From Sphingobacteriaceae bacterium (GTDB lineage Bacteria; Bacteroidota; Bacteroidia; UBA7662): a stretch of 64,000 nucleotides of DNA. The position numbers were made by a program, and so were the translations under genes. Under the pieces are notes generated by a model, which saw only the letters and a list, made by a program, of their open reading frames with translations, searched no databases and had not been told where the DNA came from. Location of the stretch: NCBI GenBank assembly GCA_013824115.1, contig PNNG01000022.1, positions 14,610-78,609 of the forward strand, read 5' to 3'. Positions 27,776-36,644 of the stretch are shown here, piece after piece. How positions within the stretch are numbered: the first letter of the stretch is position 1; each line of letters starts with the position of its first letter.

Positions 27776-28062
27776 TTTGGACAGACCAAGCAACCGTCGA
27801 AATTCGCGACATACTGGATTACATATCCAAAGATTCTCGTCGCTACGCGATAAGTCAAATCAGAAGAATTCAGGGGGCGACCAAAATCTTAAAGAGCAAA
27901 CCACTTGCAGGGCGAACGGTTCCTGAATTAGGTGACCAAACCATCAGAGAACTCATAGAGGGTAATTACAGAATTGTTTATCGGGTTAAAGATGTGGAGC
28001 TGATTGAGATTTTGACTGTTCATCATACAGCCCGTGATTTTCAATCACGTTTGTTCGGATAA
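27763..28062 (+). CDS. ParE/RelE-family type II toxin
   Basis: 99 aa. WTDQATVEIRDILDYISKDS…IRELIEGNYRIVYRVKDVELIEILTVHHTARDF matches the ParE/RelE pattern. Confidence 0.75.
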   Translation: MAKIVWTDQATVEIRDILDYISKDSRRYAISQIRRIQGATKILKSKPLAGRTVPELGDQTIRELIEGNYRIVYRVKDVELIEILTVHHTARDFQSRLFG

Positions 28063-28070
28063 TTCGTAAA

Positions 28071-28262
28071 AGCATCGAATTTTTTGATCGCTCATCGCCC
28101 TCCAGGGTGCGAAAAGGGTGGGGTGTGTTTGCGGTTCTACACACATGTCGCCCCTCCGGGGCTCAGCGGCTAGGTTTTGTTTGAATGACACACATGCCGC
28201 CCCTCCGGGGCTCAGCGGCTAGGTTTTGTTTGAATGACACACATGTCGCCCTCCGGGGCTTA
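28071..28262. repeat. 3' portion of a third ~500-bp repeat unit, including about 2.5 copies of the 49-bp subrepeat
   Basis: 28071-28140 aligns with unit positions around 26780-26845 (…tttgatcgc.catcgc.ccctcc.ggGtgc.aaaaGGt.gggtgtgtttgcggttctac). Subrepeats start at 28140, 28189 and 28238. The last one runs into the dnaG stop. Confidence 0.85.
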
Positions 28263-30176
28263 GTGACTAATGTGCGTCCCCAGCTTTTGGGCGAGGGTGC
28301 GGTGCACTTCTTTCAGCGCCACAAATTCTTCCAAATCGGCTTGCGCACTTTCTTCGTTTTCAGGATGCTTGAGCCTTTCCATGGTTTGATTCATCAGCGA
28401 AATGACTTTTTTCAAATTCAGCCGATCAACCGCACTGCTTACATCCTGGTGTATCATGCTTGCCCTACTGGGGGTGAGAATGTCGTGCCGCTTTTCCCAA
28501 TTTTCACTTACCGAATAGTCGATACTGTAAATGTGTAAAGCCAAGGCAGCGAGACTTTTATCGGGATGATTAAACAAATCGTTTCGGTCGGCAATGCGCT
28601 GTTCTTCTTTCCAGCTTTTTTCAAAAATCCGGAAAATGCTTTCCATCGGAGCATTATCCCAGCTCAATTCGTCGAGCGTATTCACTACAAAATCAATCAC
28701 CAAAACATCGTCGGTATAGGGCTCTTGGGCGTAATGCAATAAAATGCGAATGATATCGGCTTCTTGCGGCTCGTCGTTGAGTACGGGCGACTGGGGTTCG
28801 GCTGGCAAAGCTACCGAGGGCATGGCTTCTATCGACTCCCGCTCACTCGGCCGCACTCTTTTCATGCGATTGAGGTGGTGCTGTTGTACAGCTTGTATGA
28901 ATAGTTGCTCAGTGATGTCGAGCATTGCTGCCGTACTACTGCTGTAAGTGGCCCGCACAATGGGGTCGCCAATGAAGCTTACCGTTTCGGCCATGTCGTG
29001 GATGACCTCGGCCCGTTTCATGGGGTCGCCAGCGGCTTCGGTGAGCAGCAGGTTTACTTTAAAGCGCACAAAATCTACCGTTTGCTCGGCCAGGTAGTCG
29101 CGGAAAGCGGGTCCGCCCAATTGCCTGCTGTATGAATCGGGGTCCTCTCCCTCGGGCAGTGGCACTACCGATACCTGCAGGTTGTTTTCGAGCAGGATGT
29201 TGATGCCGCGCAACGAAGCCTTGATGCCGGCAGCATCGCCATCGTAAATCACCGTTACCTTTTTGCTGAAGCGATGGATCAATCGGGCCTGTTCATGGGT
29301 GAGTGAGGTGCCCGAACTGGCGGCTACGTTCTCAATGCCGGCCTGGTGCAAACCAATTACATCGGTATAGCCTTCTACCAGGTAGCAGTTTTCGTTTTTC
29401 TGAATGGCCTTCTTGGCCTGGAACAAGCCATACAGCGTTTCGCTCTTTTTGTACAGGAGCGTTTCGGGCGAGTTGAGGTACTTGGCCTCTTTTTTATCGT
29501 TTTTAAGGATGCGCCCGCCAAAACCGATGACCTTGCCGCTGAGGTTGTAAAACGGAAAAATCACCCGACCCCGGAAACGGTCCATGATCTTGTCGCTCTG
29601 GGTGTGGATGCTCAAGCCCGAGGCTTCTAATTCTGCCTGACTAAAATCACTGGTGAGCGCCATCCGGCTCAGCGCATCGAAACTGTCGGGCGAGTAGCCC
29701 AAACCAAATTTTTCGATGCTTTCGTCGGTGATGCCACGCTCTTTGAAATAACTGAGGCCTATGGCCTTGCCGTCGTCGGTTTCGGTGAGCTGCAGGTGAA
29801 AATATTGCTGGGCAAAGGCATGCAAGGCATACTGCCGGTCGCGCTCGCTGAGCTCTTGTTTGTGCTGCTCGCTGAGCTCGCGGGTTTCTTCCTCCACCTC
29901 CAGGTTGTAACGCTGCGCCAGCTGACGGATGGCATCTGGATAGGTGAGGTGCTCGTGCTCCATCAAGAAGCCCACCGAATTGCCCGAGGCACCACAGCCG
30001 AAACATTTGTAGATGCCCTTGGCAGGGGTGACGGTGAAGCTGGGCGATTTTTCGTTGTGGAACGGACACAGCCCAATGTAATTGCCGCCCCGTTTTTTCA
30101 AAGTCACGAAATCGCCCACCACCTCCTCAATGCGGGCGGTGTCCATCACACGGTCGATGGTGCTGCGGCTGATCAT
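28260..30176 (-). CDS. dnaG: DNA primase
   Basis: 638 aa. Zinc-ribbon CPFHNEKSPSFTVTPAKGIYKCFGCGASG. Toprim region EGYTDVIGLHQAGIENVAASSGTSLT. Confidence 0.95.
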   Translation of the reverse strand: MISRSTIDRVMDTARIEEVVGDFVTLKKRGGNYIGLCPFHNEKSPSFTVTPAKGIYKCFGCGASGNSVGFLMEHEHLTYPDAIRQLAQRYNLEVEEETRELSEQHKQELSERDRQYALHAFAQQYFHLQLTETDDGKAIGLSYFKERGITDESIEKFGLGYSPDSFDALSRMALTSDFSQAELEASGLSIHTQSDKIMDRFRGRVIFPFYNLSGKVIGFGGRILKNDKKEAKYLNSPETLLYKKSETLYGLFQAKKAIQKNENCYLVEGYTDVIGLHQAGIENVAASSGTSLTHEQARLIHRFSKKVTVIYDGDAAGIKASLRGINILLENNLQVSVVPLPEGEDPDSYSRQLGGPAFRDYLAEQTVDFVRFKVNLLLTEAAGDPMKRAEVIHDMAETVSFIGDPIVRATYSSSTAAMLDITEQLFIQAVQQHHLNRMKRVRPSERESIEAMPSVALPAEPQSPVLNDEPQEADIIRILLHYAQEPYTDDVLVIDFVVNTLDELSWDNAPMESIFRIFEKSWKEEQRIADRNDLFNHPDKSLAALALHIYSIDYSVSENWEKRHDILTPSRASMIHQDVSSAVDRLNLKKVISLMNQTMERLKHPENEESAQADLEEFVALKEVHRTLAQKLGTHISH

Positions 30177-30486
30177 GGTCGTTTTTAGAGGTGAAAAAAG
30201 GGGGCACTGGCCCCCTAAATCGGAGCGTGAAGTTAAGGCCTATGGTGCGATTTTAAAAATGATTAAGCGCTGCGCAACGCGATGGACCGCGGATGACGCT
30301 GATTAGGCGGATATGCGCTGATTTTGAGCACTGCTCTTCAACATGCTATGGCCGTTAACAAGGCTAAATCTGTGATAATCCGTTCAATCCGTGTGTTCCG
30401 TGTTCTATGCTTCGGGCTCGGTTTGATGAGGTCATAATCAGAGCTGAATAGTTAACTTCGCAGCAGCAATTTTGAACCTCCACCAT

Positions 30487-31632
30487 ATGAAATTCGGAAC
30501 CAAGGCCATCCATGCCGGCGTGCATGCCGATCCCACTACCGGGGCCATCATGACACCTATTTACCAAACCTCTACCTATGTGCAGGAATCGCCGGGCAAC
30601 CACAAGGGTTATGCCTATGCCCGCGGTAAAAACCCTACACGCACCCAGTTGGAGGCCAACATCGCTGCGCTTGAAAATGCAGCACACGGACTTTGTTTCT
30701 CAAGCGGCATGGGCGCAACCGATGCTGTTATAAAATTGTTGCAACCGGGTGATGAGGTGATTACAGGCGACGACATCTATGGCGGCACCTACCGCATGTT
30801 CACCAAAATTTACGAGCCTTTCGGCATCAAGTTTCACTTCATCAATTTGTACGATGCCGAAAACGTACGTCAATACCTCAATGATAAAACCAAGCTCATC
30901 TGGGCCGAAACGCCTACCAACCCCACGATGAAGATTGTTGACATTGCTGCCATTGCCGCCATTGCCAAGCAGGCCGGGGTGATGTTTGCCGTCGATAATA
31001 CCTTCGCTTCACCTTACCTGCAAAACCCGCTCGATTTGGGGGCCGACCTGGTGATGCATTCAGTAACCAAATTCCTGGGTGGACACAGCGATGTGGTCAT
31101 GGGGGCGCTTTGCACCAACGATTCGGCCTTGCACGAGCGTTTGGCCTTTATCTTGAACAGCTGTGGCGCCAATCCTGGTCCGCAAGACTGCTTCTTGGTA
31201 CTCCGCGGCATCAAAACCTTGCACCTGCGCATGCGCGCCCATTGCGAAAACGGCAAGGCTGTAGCCGAGTACCTGCGCAACCACCCCAAAGTGGGCAAGG
31301 TAAATTGGCCGGGCTTTACCGACCACCCGGGTCACGATATCGCCAAGAAACAAATGCGCGATTTCGGCGGAATGATATCTTTTACGCTTGCTAACGACGA
31401 TTTTGATTCGGCCATGAAGCTGGCTTCATCCATGCAGGTATTTTCATTGGCTGAATCATTGGGTGGGGTAGAGTCGCTCATTGGCCACCCTGCCAGCATG
31501 ACCCACGCCAGCATCCCGCGTGAACGCCGTTTGGCTGCTGGTGTGGAAGATGGCTTGTTGCGATTGAGTGTAGGGGTGGAAGATGTTGAAGATCTCATTG
31601 CCGACCTGGAGCAAGCCCTTACACAAATCTGA
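30487..31632 (+). CDS. PLP-dependent trans-sulfuration enzyme (cystathionine gamma-lyase/beta-lyase/gamma-synthase family)
   Basis: MKFGTKAIHAG start at 30487. PLP-lysine motif HSVTKFLGGHSDVVMG. Cys/Met-metabolism family length. Confidence 0.85.
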   Translation: MKFGTKAIHAGVHADPTTGAIMTPIYQTSTYVQESPGNHKGYAYARGKNPTRTQLEANIAALENAAHGLCFSSGMGATDAVIKLLQPGDEVITGDDIYGGTYRMFTKIYEPFGIKFHFINLYDAENVRQYLNDKTKLIWAETPTNPTMKIVDIAAIAAIAKQAGVMFAVDNTFASPYLQNPLDLGADLVMHSVTKFLGGHSDVVMGALCTNDSALHERLAFILNSCGANPGPQDCFLVLRGIKTLHLRMRAHCENGKAVAEYLRNHPKVGKVNWPGFTDHPGHDIAKKQMRDFGGMISFTLANDDFDSAMKLASSMQVFSLAESLGGVESLIGHPASMTHASIPRERRLAAGVEDGLLRLSVGVEDVEDLIADLEQALTQI

Positions 31633-31654
31633 TCACATAGCACTTAAATAGTAA

Positions 31655-31688
31655 AAGGCCGTTCACATCAGTGAATCGGCCTTTTGTG
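31655..31688 (+). terminator. Rho-independent terminator candidate
   Basis: aaggccgttcac-atca-gtgaatcggcctttt: stem with one bulge, followed by a T-run. Lies 20 nt after the stop. Confidence 0.6.
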
Positions 31689-31820
31689 CCTACATAGGTT
31701 TAGTTCTGTCAAGAAACTTGTTGGTGATTCAAAGGTCGTATTTGCTTTGAAAGCGCTTGGGTACTTTACATGAGCATTGAGTGCGGCCCCATAAACATGG
31801 GCTACCACTACACGAAAGCT

Positions 31821-32558
31821 TTAAAGCTTATAATTTTCGAAGCGAGCCATAAAACCATGTTTCTTTTCGCTTGATATGGCAAAGGTTTCACCATCGTTCA
31901 TCACCACGGTGCCGCCATCTTGCTTTAATATTTTATTGATTTGTTGCAAGTTGATGATGTGACTTCGGTGGATGCGCATGAAATCGCCCCATTGCTCCAG
32001 TTTTTCATATTCCAATAACTTTTTGGTAACGGTAAGGCGCTGCCCGTCGGTAAGGTGAATATGGGTGTAAGAGCCATCCGCACGGAGGTACATGATCTGC
32101 TCGAGGCGGACAAAAAGCAAACCATCGCCGAGCTGCAAGCCAATGCGCTTTTCACCATTTCCTTGGGTATTTTGCTGCAGGGCCTCCAATTGGGGTGCAG
32201 AAGTAGGTTGTATCTTTTCTAAGGCCCGTTCAATTTGCTCCTTGCGAACAGGTTTGAGTAAATAATCAATCGCCGACATCTCAAAGGCCTGCAGAGCGTA
32301 TTCGCTGTAGGCCGTTACAAACACAATTTTGAAGTTTATTTTGTCTGCATCGAAAAAATTCACCAATTCAAGCCCCGAATAGCCAGGCATTTCTATGTCG
32401 AGAAATACCAAATCAGGCTGTAGTTGATTGATTTTGCGTACGGCCTCAGGCAAATCGCGCGCCTCATCGGCAATGGTGATTTGAGGGAAATGGGTTTCCA
32501 GAACACCTCTCAATGCCATACGGGCATTGGCTTCATCGTCAACCAGTAACACTTTCAT
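31821..32558 (-). CDS. LytTR-family two-component response regulator
   Basis: 245 aa. Receiver domain (MKVLLVDDE…DLVFLDIEMPG) plus a LytTR-type C-terminus (…FMRIHRSHIINLQQI…). Confidence 0.9.
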   Translation of the reverse strand: MKVLLVDDEANARMALRGVLETHFPQITIADEARDLPEAVRKINQLQPDLVFLDIEMPGYSGLELVNFFDADKINFKIVFVTAYSEYALQAFEMSAIDYLLKPVRKEQIERALEKIQPTSAPQLEALQQNTQGNGEKRIGLQLGDGLLFVRLEQIMYLRADGSYTHIHLTDGQRLTVTKKLLEYEKLEQWGDFMRIHRSHIINLQQINKILKQDGGTVVMNDGETFAISSEKKHGFMARFENYKL

Positions 32559-32561
32559 AGA

Positions 32562-35468
32562 TCAATTATATTTAAAGGGTAAGCGTATGATAACCACGGT
32601 GCCTGTAGCCTGCATCTGGTCGTTTTTTTTATCTAAAATTTCAACCTCTACAGGCTCAGAGAGCAGTTGATTCAAAATTTGGAGTCGACTTTGCAGCGAC
32701 TGGGTTGCAAAAGAACGGTGACTTTTAGCACGCTTTTCTGCCAATACCGCCGATTGTTTCCTGCCTATACCATTGTCTTCAATGCTGATGATGATTCTAT
32801 TCACCGATGCATGCATGCTAAAGTCTACGGTAAGGCGTTTTGGGCCGTTTTTATGTAACAACCCGTGTTTGATGGCATTTTCAACATAGGGCTGAATAAG
32901 CATGGAGGGGACCAATGGATTTTCGCGCCGGGTTGCATCGTCTATGCGTACATCAAACGAAAAGTCCGATTCGAACCTGCCCGCTTCCAATTGGAGGTAC
33001 AAATGCAGGGCACTTATTTCTTCGCTTATTTCATGCCATTGCTTATCGCTGAAATTGAGCGTAAGTCGCATGAGATCCGAAAACTTACTGAGATAATCGG
33101 CAGCTTCCTCTTTTTTATTGGCATAAATCAACCCCTGGATAGAATTGAGTACGTTGTACAAAAAATGAGGGTTCATTTGCGCTTTCATGGCAGTTAGCTT
33201 CGATGACGCCAATGCTTCCTCCAAAAGTTTGTTTTTAGTTTTACGTTTGTTGTAACTCCTGCTTAACAAGGCCGTTGCTGCCACTAAACAAAAGGCCATC
33301 AAAGCAATAAACCACCACCTTTGCCAAATAGGATAAGCCACCTCAAATTGCCAATAGAACGACTCAGAATACTTGTCATTGGCCATAAGCCGCAATTCCA
33401 ACTCATGCTTGCCCGATGGCAAGCCATACAGATTCAAACTTTGTACACCTGCAGGGAGGGTCGACCAACTTACATCTCCTTCGCCTAAGCGATATTGTGC
33501 GTATACGAGTCCTTCGCTTTGAAAATGGATAGGCAGATAATCGATTCGCAAATTTTTAAAAGCTACCGGCAACACCTTATCGTCGATTGACCATTTTTTT
33601 CCGTTCACCTGCAAGCTTTTGATGCGTAACAAAGGTGCTCGCCGCTCTATATTCGGATTAATGGGCAATTGGAGAATGCCTTGATCGGTGGCCAATAATA
33701 ACTTTTCATTGAGCGCAAGTATGTCATATAGATAAACTTCCGCTATGCCTAAGATTTCGCGATATCCATCAAATCGGTTGGTTTGGGGACGAAAACAATC
33801 CAAGCCCTTGTCGGTAGATACCCAAATAACACCATCGCTACTTCCGACGATTTTTTTGATAAAATTACCGGATAAACCAGGGTAATTGGCCTTTTCAGGC
33901 TTGCTTGTACTTCCCTTGAAAAGCCAAATGCCATCATTTAATGTACCCAACCATACGGTGTTGTCGGGCGCTGCGTACATTTCGTTAACGACGAGACTGC
34001 GCCCATTGGGTGCTGTAATTTCAAACTCATCACCCAATACCGAGTAAGCCATCAGCTTATCGGTAAATGCAACCAAATAAATTCCTCTAAAGCTATCATA
34101 AAGCACTTTACGGGCCCGCTGCCTTCGTATGTTTAGTTCTTGCTTGCCTTGCTTGATGTAGCGTTCCTTTTTCTGGCCAAGGGGCATCGACCACAATTGT
34201 TCACCCGCCATAGTAACGTGCTCGCCGGCTGCAAAAAGGTAATTGCCCAACCGATCACGGGCCAAACTTCTTCCTAGAAATTGTTTGTGAATAAGGTTGC
34301 CTTTCAAATCTGCAATGCCATGTGTGAAGTAAAGCAATCCCGTTTGTTCGTCGAAATCGAGAAACTGAATTTGATCGTATGACTTGCCTGTTATAGTGCC
34401 TTTAGATGCTCCACTGGCAGAAAAAGTTAATATCGACCCCATATTGGTGCCTGCTAAAAATCCACCATCGGGGCCTTTGGCAAGCGCAGTAACACGCTCT
34501 TCGCTTTGTAAAGGGGAGATGAGCCGCTGATTAGCGGCGTAGGGTAACAAATAAATACCATGATCGAGGGTACTCACCCAATGGTTGCCCCTCGAGTCCG
34601 TAGTAAAGTCGGATATTCTTTTGTTGGCTAAAAAACTGCGTTCAAAAATTTGCGGAGTTCTTTGGTGCTCGTATACTCCATTGTTGGTGCACCAAAACAA
34701 CTTGTTTTGCCAAACCCGAATAAAATTGCTGTGCACATACGCGGGCAATTTGCCTAACCGATTGATTGATTTGAGCTTTGGATTGATTTCCAGTGCATCT
34801 TCTTCATAGGTGCCTCGGTAGGCCAAATAGAAAATGCCCGAATTCCCAGTTATCTCAGTGTTGAAAGGGGGCATGGCGATTTCCATCTCCAACGAAAAGC
34901 CAGGCAAGCTGTAAATTCGTGTGCTGCCATTGATAGCCAAGGCTAAATATGATTGACTTATCTTGAAATCAATGATATTGCTGGAGTCCTCTAAATTTTT
35001 AGAGAGTATTTCATGCTTTTTTGTTCTAAGTGAGTATCGAATAAGAAATTGCCTGGTGGCCAAGTACAAGGTCGAATCTACCACCTGATAATTCACCAAG
35101 AGCCCTTTCTTCAAAAATGCAGGCAAAATCGATAATTCTCTCAGCGTATCCTTTTCGAGGTAAAACAAACGATTCGAAAAGTCTTTACACCAAATGGTTT
35201 GATTGCTTTCACTGATGTAAGAAATGGAGGTGGGTTGGCCTTCAAAAGCGATTCTGTCGAAACGAATGCCATTAAAGCGATACAATCCATTGGCAGTCCC
35301 CAAATACAATAACTGGTCAGTCCCACCCAAAAGGTCATATACCTGTACGTTCGGCAAGCCGTCACGTTGCCCGTAATGCTTCATATAGGGTTCTTTGGCC
35401 CCTAGCTTACTGACAAGGATGGATAATACGATCGTAAAAAGTAAAAAACGCACCTTGCGAAAATACAC
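32562..35468 (-). CDS. Sensor histidine kinase with large periplasmic beta-propeller/Y_Y_Y-type region and LytS-type kinase core
   Basis: 968 aa. Repeated propeller-like segments, one TM helix (WWFIALMAFCLVAATALL), then MNPHFLYNVLNSIQ (His_kinase motif) and an ATPase region. Confidence 0.85.
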   Translation of the reverse strand: MYFRKVRFLLFTIVLSILVSKLGAKEPYMKHYGQRDGLPNVQVYDLLGGTDQLLYLGTANGLYRFNGIRFDRIAFEGQPTSISYISESNQTIWCKDFSNRLFYLEKDTLRELSILPAFLKKGLLVNYQVVDSTLYLATRQFLIRYSLRTKKHEILSKNLEDSSNIIDFKISQSYLALAINGSTRIYSLPGFSLEMEIAMPPFNTEITGNSGIFYLAYRGTYEEDALEINPKLKSINRLGKLPAYVHSNFIRVWQNKLFWCTNNGVYEHQRTPQIFERSFLANKRISDFTTDSRGNHWVSTLDHGIYLLPYAANQRLISPLQSEERVTALAKGPDGGFLAGTNMGSILTFSASGASKGTITGKSYDQIQFLDFDEQTGLLYFTHGIADLKGNLIHKQFLGRSLARDRLGNYLFAAGEHVTMAGEQLWSMPLGQKKERYIKQGKQELNIRRQRARKVLYDSFRGIYLVAFTDKLMAYSVLGDEFEITAPNGRSLVVNEMYAAPDNTVWLGTLNDGIWLFKGSTSKPEKANYPGLSGNFIKKIVGSSDGVIWVSTDKGLDCFRPQTNRFDGYREILGIAEVYLYDILALNEKLLLATDQGILQLPINPNIERRAPLLRIKSLQVNGKKWSIDDKVLPVAFKNLRIDYLPIHFQSEGLVYAQYRLGEGDVSWSTLPAGVQSLNLYGLPSGKHELELRLMANDKYSESFYWQFEVAYPIWQRWWFIALMAFCLVAATALLSRSYNKRKTKNKLLEEALASSKLTAMKAQMNPHFLYNVLNSIQGLIYANKKEEAADYLSKFSDLMRLTLNFSDKQWHEISEEISALHLYLQLEAGRFESDFSFDVRIDDATRRENPLVPSMLIQPYVENAIKHGLLHKNGPKRLTVDFSMHASVNRIIISIEDNGIGRKQSAVLAEKRAKSHRSFATQSLQSRLQILNQLLSEPVEVEILDKKNDQMQATGTVVIIRLPFKYN

Positions 35469-35544
35469 ATACGGCCAGTTACCATAAGTGTAATTTCACG
35501 GGTGCGCCAAAATTCTTTGTAGATACTACAGCGGCAGGGTTCAA

Positions 35545-35727
35545 TCAGCGACAAACACCGGGGGTGTAAACCGTAATGCCTGCACATTCTGCCTGACATG
35601 CATTAGAGTAGGTCTTCCCATCGGAGCCGCAAACCGGATTGTAATCGGTGGTACAAATGCAGTCCTTTTCTTGCTTGCAAGAAGAGAGACTGAACAGGCT
35701 GAAAAAAAGAAAGATGGCTATTTTCAT
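35545..35727 (-). CDS. Kazal-type serine-protease-inhibitor-domain lipoprotein (60 aa)
   Basis: Lipobox LSSC, then six Cys. Contains the Kazal core DYNPVCGSDGKTYSNACQAEC. Confidence 0.7.
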   Translation of the reverse strand: MKIAIFLFFSLFSLSSCKQEKDCICTTDYNPVCGSDGKTYSNACQAECAGITVYTPGVCR

Positions 35728-35812
35728 GGCAATCGGTTTTTACCCGCAAATGACGAAAGAGGAAGATAAAAAATTGTGCGTTTTGCCGGGTATTTCGCTT
35801 TTTTGTCGCCTT

Positions 35813-36598
35813 ATGCCAAAAGCCAGTCTGCAAAGCCAACTCGATGCCTATGTGCAACAATACAACCAGCCTGAATTTATCGCTGCCGATCCCATTGTAG
35901 TACCGCACGCATTTACCCAAAAGCAGGATGTGGAAATTGCAGGCTTGTTTGCTGCTATTTTTGCTTGGGGACAGCGCACCACCATCATCGCAAAGAGTCG
36001 GGAGTTGATGGAACGCATGGACAACCGACCTCACGAATTTGTGTTGCACCACAGTGAAAACGACCTGCGTGCGCTTACCGGTTTTCAGCACCGTACCTTC
36101 AATGATACTGATTTACTCTACCTCCTTGCCTTTTTGCAGGCGCATTACCAGGAGCATAACAGTCTGGAAGCGGCTTTTTTACCGCCATCGACTGCATTTG
36201 TGAGCATGGAGCAGTGTTTGATGCATTTCCACGAGCAGGTTTTTTGTTTCGACTGGGCACCGCAACGCACCCGCAAGCACATTGCCACCCCGGCCAGGCA
36301 TTCAGCCTGCAAGCGACTGAACATGTACTTGCGTTGGATGGTACGCAAGGATGGAGCTGGGGTCGATTTTGGACTGTGGAATCGATTACCCACTTCCGGA
36401 CTCATCATGCCGCTCGATGTGCATGTACAACGGGTGGCACGCAAGCTGGGCTTGTTGCAGCGCGAACAGGCCGATTGGCAGGCGGCTATTGAACTTACCA
36501 ATGCTTTGCGTGCATTCGATGCGCATGATCCCGTGAAATATGATTTTGCCCTGTTTGGCATGGGACTAGAGGTTCGAAGGGGCGCATTATGGACTTAA
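35813..36598 (+). CDS. TIGR02757/DUF2400-family protein
   Basis: ATG at 35813 (MPKASLQSQLDAYV…). DPIVVPHAF…EIAGLFAAIFAWGQR is typical of this family. The track start at 35648 overlaps the Kazal gene and is rejected. Confidence 0.6.
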   Translation: MPKASLQSQLDAYVQQYNQPEFIAADPIVVPHAFTQKQDVEIAGLFAAIFAWGQRTTIIAKSRELMERMDNRPHEFVLHHSENDLRALTGFQHRTFNDTDLLYLLAFLQAHYQEHNSLEAAFLPPSTAFVSMEQCLMHFHEQVFCFDWAPQRTRKHIATPARHSACKRLNMYLRWMVRKDGAGVDFGLWNRLPTSGLIMPLDVHVQRVARKLGLLQREQADWQAAIELTNALRAFDAHDPVKYDFALFGMGLEVRRGALWT

Positions 36599-36644
36599 AT
36601 ACGAAGTCCGTTTGCCGATTTAAAAACATCTCTTAAATTTCGGC

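Noticed and set aside
26842-28262. Whether the 49-bp direct repeats form a CRISPR array.
   Set aside because: Copies abut one another with no unique spacers. There are only 2-2.5 copies per block, no cas genes lie in the window, and the repeats are embedded in larger ~500-bp units.
30300-30486. A possible SAM or other riboswitch upstream of the Cys/Met PLP enzyme gene.
   Set aside because: I could not find the conserved SAM-I, SAM-II or other riboswitch core sequences or their helices. The region is mostly the short-motif repeats noted above.
35603-36091. A 162-aa minus-strand ORF overlapping the Kazal gene and the TIGR02757 gene.
   Set aside because: It is antisense to a family-recognisable gene, has no motifs, and conflicts with the Kazal ORF, which has a strong domain signature.
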